In this document: piece after piece, positions 59,436 through 64,000 of the stretch
Numbering within the stretch: position 1 is the stretch's first letter
Layout: every line of letters starts with the position of its first letter
Origin: Candidatus Eiseniibacteriota bacterium
GTDB taxonomy: Bacteria > Eisenbacteria > RBG-16-71-46
Length of the DNA: 64,000 nucleotides
Direction of reading: 5' to 3'
NCBI GenBank assembly: GCA_041483195.1
Contig: JBGPFC010000003.1
Coordinates: 64,001-128,000, forward strand
Notes under the pieces: generated by a model
Database searches by the model: none
The model's input: the letters and a program-made list of their open reading frames with translations, nothing else
Told to the model about the DNA's origin: nothing
Translations under genes and position numbers: made by a program

Positions 59436-59734
59436 ACGCCCCGCTGCTCGCCGAGGTCTATGTCTTCATCCTCGCCGTGTTCGTAGGCTTCGAGGTCATC
59501 TCCAAGGTCCCGGTCGTCCTCCACACGCCGCTGATGTCGGGCACCAACGCCATCCACGGCATCGTCATGCTGGGCGGCGTGCTGGTGCTCGCGACCGCGG
59601 AGGGCACGCTGCTCACCGCGCTCGGGTTCGCGGCGGTGGTGCTGGGCGCGATGAACCTGTTCGGCGGCTTCGTCGTGACGGATCGCATGCTCGAGATGTT
59701 CAAGGCGCGCAAGCCCCAGGGGAAACGCCCATGA
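59432..59734 (+). CDS. pntA: NAD(P) transhydrogenase subunit alpha, part 2 (membrane)
   Basis: VP..LHTPLMSGTNAIHGI, N.FGGFVVTDRMLEMF. Confidence 0.95.
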   Translation: MNAPLLAEVYVFILAVFVGFEVISKVPVVLHTPLMSGTNAIHGIVMLGGVLVLATAEGTLLTALGFAAVVLGAMNLFGGFVVTDRMLEMFKARKPQGKRP

Positions 59735-61140
59735 CGAGCGGCGCCTCGCTCCCCACCGTGTTTCACCTCGCCTACCTCGTTTCGTCAATCCTCTTCATCG
59801 TCGGGCTGAAATTCCTGAGCTCCCCCGCCCGCGCGCGCCACGGCAACACGGTCGCCGCGATCGGCATGGCGATCGCCGTGATCGCGACGCTCGCGAGCCT
59901 GTGGTTGCCGGGCTCCGGCTTCCACCATCAGGGGCTGATCCTGATCGGCATCGGGCTCGGCGCGGCGCTCGGCACGCTCGGCGCGCGCTGGGTGAAGATG
60001 ACCGACATGCCGCAGATGGTGGCGCTGCTGAACGGCTTCGGCGGCGGATCGGCGGCGCTGATCTCGACCGTCGAGTTCCTGCACCTCGGGCACGCGCGCG
60101 CGGGCGCCGACGGCATGTTCGGCTGCATCATCGGCGCGATCTCGTTCAGCGGAAGCATGGCGGCGTTCGGCAAGCTGCAGGGCCTGATCTCCGAGCGCGC
60201 GATCACGTCGACGATTCAGAAGATCGTGAACGTGCTGCTGTTCCTCTCGCTGCTCGGGCTGATCGGATACCTGGGATTCGTGGGCGGCGGCGCGCCGTGG
60301 TTCCTCGCGCTGCTCGGCGTCGCGCTGCTGTTCGGCGTGCTGATGGTGATCCCGATCGGCGGCGCCGACATGCCGGTCGTCATCTCGCTGCTGAACTCGT
60401 TCACCGGGCTCGCGGTGGCGGCGACCGGGTTCGTGCTCGCCAACAACGCGCTCATCATCAGCGGCACGCTGGTGGGCGCATCTGGCACGCTGCTCACCAT
60501 GCTCATGTGCAAGGCGATGAACCGCTCGCTCGCGAACGTGCTGTTCGCGGGCGTGGGCGGCGGGCCGGCGCCCACTGCGGCGGGCGCGGCGGCGGGCGTC
60601 GGCAAGTCGGTGCGCGAGATCAGCGTGGACGACGCCGGCGTGCTGCTCTCGAACATCCAGTCGCTGATCGTCGTGCCCGGCTACGGCATGGCGGTCGCGC
60701 AGGCGCAGCACGTCGTGCGCGAGCTGGCCGACATGCTGGCGAAGCACGGGGTCGACGTGAAGTACGCGATCCACCCGGTCGCGGGCCGCATGCCCGGCCA
60801 CATGAACGTGCTGCTCGCCGAGGCGAACGTGCCGTACGACCAGCTGTTCGACCTCGAGCAGATCAATCCCGAGTTCGAGCGCGCCGACGTCGCGCTCGTG
60901 ATCGGCGCGAACGACGTCGTGAACCCCGCGGCCCGCAGCGACAAGTCGAGCCCGATCTACGGCATGCCGATCCTCGACGTGGACAAGGCGAAGCATGTGA
61001 TCGTCATCAAGCGCAGCATGAAGCCCGGCTTCGCCGGCATCGACAACGCGCTCTACTACGACCCCAAGACCTTCATGCTGTTCGGCGACGCGAAGGGCGC
61101 GGTCAGCAAGCTGGTGGAGTCGCTCAAGGCCGCCGCGTAA
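59731..61140 (+). CDS. pntB: NAD(P) transhydrogenase subunit beta
   Basis: MTDMPQMVA, IGGADMPVVISLLNS, MCKAMNRSL, PGYGMAVAQAQH, IHPVAGRMPGHMNVLLAEA, GANDVVNP. Confidence 0.97.
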   Translation: MTSGASLPTVFHLAYLVSSILFIVGLKFLSSPARARHGNTVAAIGMAIAVIATLASLWLPGSGFHHQGLILIGIGLGAALGTLGARWVKMTDMPQMVALLNGFGGGSAALISTVEFLHLGHARAGADGMFGCIIGAISFSGSMAAFGKLQGLISERAITSTIQKIVNVLLFLSLLGLIGYLGFVGGGAPWFLALLGVALLFGVLMVIPIGGADMPVVISLLNSFTGLAVAATGFVLANNALIISGTLVGASGTLLTMLMCKAMNRSLANVLFAGVGGGPAPTAAGAAAGVGKSVREISVDDAGVLLSNIQSLIVVPGYGMAVAQAQHVVRELADMLAKHGVDVKYAIHPVAGRMPGHMNVLLAEANVPYDQLFDLEQINPEFERADVALVIGANDVVNPAARSDKSSPIYGMPILDVDKAKHVIVIKRSMKPGFAGIDNALYYDPKTFMLFGDAKGAVSKLVESLKAAA

Positions 61141-61182
61141 CGCGGGCCGCGGCGCGAGGCCGCGAAGATCCGGTCACCACGA

Positions 61183-61221
61183 CGAAGCGGGGCGCCTCAT
61201 CGAGGCGCCCCGCTTCGCTTT
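61183..61221 (+). terminator. Intrinsic terminator after pntB
   Basis: CGAAGCGGGGCGCCTC-atc-GAGGCGCCCCGCTTCG followed by CTTT; lies between convergent genes. Confidence 0.75.
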
Positions 61222-61243
61222 CATCCGCCCGCCCACCGCGCCG

Positions 61244-63502
61244 CTACCGCCTCCGCAACAGCACCAGCTTGCGCGTCACGCCGCCGTCGCCGTTGGTTGC
61301 CCGCATGAAGTACACGCCGTCGCGCGCGGCCGCGCCGCCCGCGACGCTTCCATCCCACGCGAAGTCGCTGATCCCGGCCGGCAGGTCGCCGCTGAAGATG
61401 CTCTTCAGCGCGCGTCCGGTCAGATCGTAGATCGCGACCTCGACGTGGCCGGGTCGGTCGAGCGTCACGGTGAAGCGCGTCTCGCCCCCGAACGGGTTGG
61501 GACGGTTCTCGGAGAGCGCGAGCCGCGGCTTCCCGGCGAGCGGCTGGCTCAGCCGCGGCGTCGCGACCGCGAGCTTCACGCCGTCGAGCGCCGTGAAGTC
61601 GGAGCGATCGAGCGTCACCTCGCCGCCCGGCTGCGCCCCGGGCTTGAGCGCGAGGTGGAGGATCATCTCGAGACTCTGCGCCGGGCCGGCGTCCCCACCG
61701 GGATGGAACACCGCCATCATCACCTGGTCATTCGCCACCTGCGACAGGTGGAGCCAGTTCGCGCTCGCGCCGGCGAAGTCCACGCCCGTCACGTCGTAGC
61801 GGCTCTGCGGATATCGCAGCACCAGCTTCGCGCCGCCGAGCGGGGCGGCCCCGTCGATACGCACCGGCAGATCGAAGCGCGTCTGCGCCCCGGTTGGCGG
61901 GCCGAATGCCATCTTCACCCCGTCCCCGGCGCGCACGGTGTCCTCCGGGCAGGCGTCGCAATCGTGGCCGATCAGGATCTCGCGCGCGCAGCACAACACG
62001 TCCTCGATCGTGAAAGCGTGGTCGGCGTCGCAGTCGAATTCCGCGACCACCGAATCGGGGCACGGGGCGTCGCCCTGCAGGCAGCGCAGCATGAGCACCA
62101 GGTCGCGGATGTCGTCGCGGCCGTCGCCGTTCCAGTCGCATCGCTCGCCGCTCAGCAGGCAGATGCGCGCCACGCCGGGCCCGAGATCGGGACGGTCGGC
62201 GAGCGGCTGCACGCACTCCGGCACCCCGTGGCCGTCGATGTCGGATCCGAGCAGCGCGCGCGCCGCGAGCGTCGTGACCGGATGCTCGGGCCGGCGTTCG
62301 CCGAGCGCGACCGTGATCTGGAGCACCGCCGGCACCGGGATGAAGGATCGAATCGGCTGTATGGGCGCACCCTGCTCGGCCACCATCGCGAAGCGCGCGC
62401 CCCGCGCCGTCCGCTCCCAGCGCAGCAGCATGCCGGTGGCGGCGCCCGTGGTCTCGAGTCGCTCGATGTGCAGCGCCGAATCCGAGAGCGCCAGCTCGCC
62501 CTGGAGCCCCGCGAGCGCGACGCCGGTCTTGATGAAGAGCGTGAGCTTCGCCGGGCGATCGTGTGCGATCTGCGCGTCGCACAGCTGGGGCTCGCCGCGC
62601 GGATCGAAGAGCGGCGTGAGGCAGGCCGGAGGCGGCGGCAGCTTGCCGCAGCTGTCGAGCACCGCGAACGGCACCATCGTCCGGAAGAGCTGGCCCGGCG
62701 GGAAGGTGTCTGAGCAGCTCACCACCGCCAGCTCGAGCGGCAGCCGATAGGCCATCGGCGGAAGCTCCGGCAGCATGAACGAAGCGCTCCAGGGAACGGG
62801 ACCGATCGCGCACGGCCGCGCGAGGCAGCCGCCGTCGTCCACGATGAGGCGCATCCGAGGCGGAGCTATCATCAAGTTCATGGTGGTGAACTCGGGGATG
62901 AACAGCACGCGCCGGAAGCGGAAGCAATCGCTCGGGAAGTGCCCGGAGACGCGCACCGGGATACTGTCGTGCGGGCAAACGCGCGGGTCCCCCAGCGCCT
63001 CGCGTCCGATCTGGATGTGGTCGACGAACGGCAGGACGCCGGGCGGTGGCGGAGCCGCGCACTGCTGCGAGACCACGAAGTCGAGCGTGAACGGCCGCTC
63101 CTCGCGGTAGGTGCGGCCGCTCGGCGTGCGGTGGTCGATGACCCACGTGATGTCGAGGGTGTGCGCGCCCGCCGAGAACCGGCCGAGCCGCAGCGGAATC
63201 ACGTAGAACCGCGGCATCACCGCGGGGCAGATCGTGCTGTCACGCACCAGCGTCCGGTACATGACGTGGACCGAATCGCTCGCGCTCGCGCCCTCGAAAG
63301 AGTCGCATGCAGTGGCCTCGAAGCCGAGCGCCACGAGCACGACGGTGTCCTGAACGCACGGATACCGATTGACCAGGCCCCAGCGAAGACCGTTCTCGGG
63401 AAGGATGATCGGGGTGGGCGGCGCCTGGTCCGCGAACGAGGGCGCGCCGATGACGAGCAAAGCGCCGAGCGAGAACATCAGGCGCAAACGGGAGGTGGCC
63501 AC
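61244..63502 (-). CDS. Cys-rich secreted modular protein with cohesin-like, dockerin-like and FlgD-Ig/T9SS-like domains
   Basis: GGAGAG RBS, GTG at 63502, signal peptide; CDWNGDGRDDIRDLV / FDCDADHAFTIEDV dockerin-type repeats; FDLPVRI..LGGAKLVLRY cohesin-like; PNPF..IYDLTGR..WDG..GVYF tail. Confidence 0.8.
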   Translation of the reverse strand: MATSRLRLMFSLGALLVIGAPSFADQAPPTPIILPENGLRWGLVNRYPCVQDTVVLVALGFEATACDSFEGASASDSVHVMYRTLVRDSTICPAVMPRFYVIPLRLGRFSAGAHTLDITWVIDHRTPSGRTYREERPFTLDFVVSQQCAAPPPPGVLPFVDHIQIGREALGDPRVCPHDSIPVRVSGHFPSDCFRFRRVLFIPEFTTMNLMIAPPRMRLIVDDGGCLARPCAIGPVPWSASFMLPELPPMAYRLPLELAVVSCSDTFPPGQLFRTMVPFAVLDSCGKLPPPPACLTPLFDPRGEPQLCDAQIAHDRPAKLTLFIKTGVALAGLQGELALSDSALHIERLETTGAATGMLLRWERTARGARFAMVAEQGAPIQPIRSFIPVPAVLQITVALGERRPEHPVTTLAARALLGSDIDGHGVPECVQPLADRPDLGPGVARICLLSGERCDWNGDGRDDIRDLVLMLRCLQGDAPCPDSVVAEFDCDADHAFTIEDVLCCAREILIGHDCDACPEDTVRAGDGVKMAFGPPTGAQTRFDLPVRIDGAAPLGGAKLVLRYPQSRYDVTGVDFAGASANWLHLSQVANDQVMMAVFHPGGDAGPAQSLEMILHLALKPGAQPGGEVTLDRSDFTALDGVKLAVATPRLSQPLAGKPRLALSENRPNPFGGETRFTVTLDRPGHVEVAIYDLTGRALKSIFSGDLPAGISDFAWDGSVAGGAAARDGVYFMRATNGDGGVTRKLVLLRRR

Positions 63503-63674
63503 GGCTGTCTCTCCTGCCCCGGTCGGGCGACTAATGCTCGCCCAATCCGGGACCCAAGTCCAGCCATTCCTTGGGGAGCGCGACACGGTGCGTGAGTTCC
63601 GCTTCGATGTGGGGCCGCTACGATGTGCTCGGACCCGCGCCGCGCTCCACGAAATCCATTTCGGGCGCTCTACT

Positions 63675-64000
63675 TCAACGGTGTCCCGCGTTCATCGGCG
63701 AGTCGGCGCGCACTCGGGCGCCGATCGCCGCGCACATCGCGCGCGCCGCGCGCTTCGCGTCCTGCGCGGCCGTGACCACGAGCTCACCGCCGAGCGCATC
63801 GCCTCCCGCGTACACCTTGGGATGGCCGGTGCGCCCGGTCGCCTCGTCGACGACGATACAGCCCTTCGGATCGAGCGCGACACCCGGAATTTCGGAAATC
63901 AGCTCGCGGAGCCGCGCCTGGCCGATCGCGAGCACCGCGAAGTCGGCGCCCACCTCGAGCCCGTTCGCCAGCCGCAGCGCGACAAGTTGTCCTCCGGCAT
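63675..64000 (-). CDS. C-terminal fragment of a GltD/PreT-type FAD-dependent oxidoreductase (runs off the window end)
   Basis: AIGQ, TG.T..P.VYAGGD..GGELVVTAAQDAKRAA; frame open to the window edge. Confidence 0.75.
   Translation of the reverse strand, partial: AGGQLVALRLANGLEVGADFAVLAIGQARLRELISEIPGVALDPKGCIVVDEATGRTGHPKVYAGGDALGGELVVTAAQDAKRAARAMCAAIGARVRADSPMNAGHR

Overview
A very GC-rich, gene-dense bacterial chromosome segment with about 60 CDSs. I found no rRNA, tRNA, CRISPR array, transposase or integrase. The centre (19.3-40.2 kb) is a redox and Fe-S supercluster. On the minus strand it runs apbE-rnfCDGEAB-korA-SDR-korB, then a Cys-rich MerR regulator with its own sigma70 promoter and a palindromic site, heading iscA-sufCBDSU-Rieske ferredoxin-sufT. 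Divergent on the plus strand are a ferredoxin and a divergent Por-type 2-oxoacid:ferredoxin oxidoreductase (gamma-delta fusion, alpha, beta). NADP-type isocitrate dehydrogenase and transhydrogenase pntAB lie at 56.7-61.1 kb. The flanks carry envelope and secreted functions: a peptidase/propeller/Omp85-like protein, TPAT TatT/TatP, an M16 peptidase pair, a serine hydrolase, a GT2-LAB_N-ArnT operon, an M13 peptidase, a second GT39, an acyltransferase-3, and Asp-box and cohesin/dockerin proteins with FlgD-Ig/T9SS-like tails. Pyrimidine-catabolism genes (NCS1, preA, preT-like) are dispersed. The most unusual items are a putative Fe-S-sensing MerR repressor of suf (CX2CX8CX2C), an RnfA fused to a signal peptide plus Ig-like domain, a small secreted ZU5-like protein ending in the Nup98-type autoproteolysis motif HFSKYG, and a 49-aa membrane peptide missed by the ORF track. 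The FlgD-Ig and dockerin repertoire with high GC suggests an FCB-related candidate phylum such as Ca. Eisenbacteria (inference only). All product calls come from motif recognition by eye; no database search was run.
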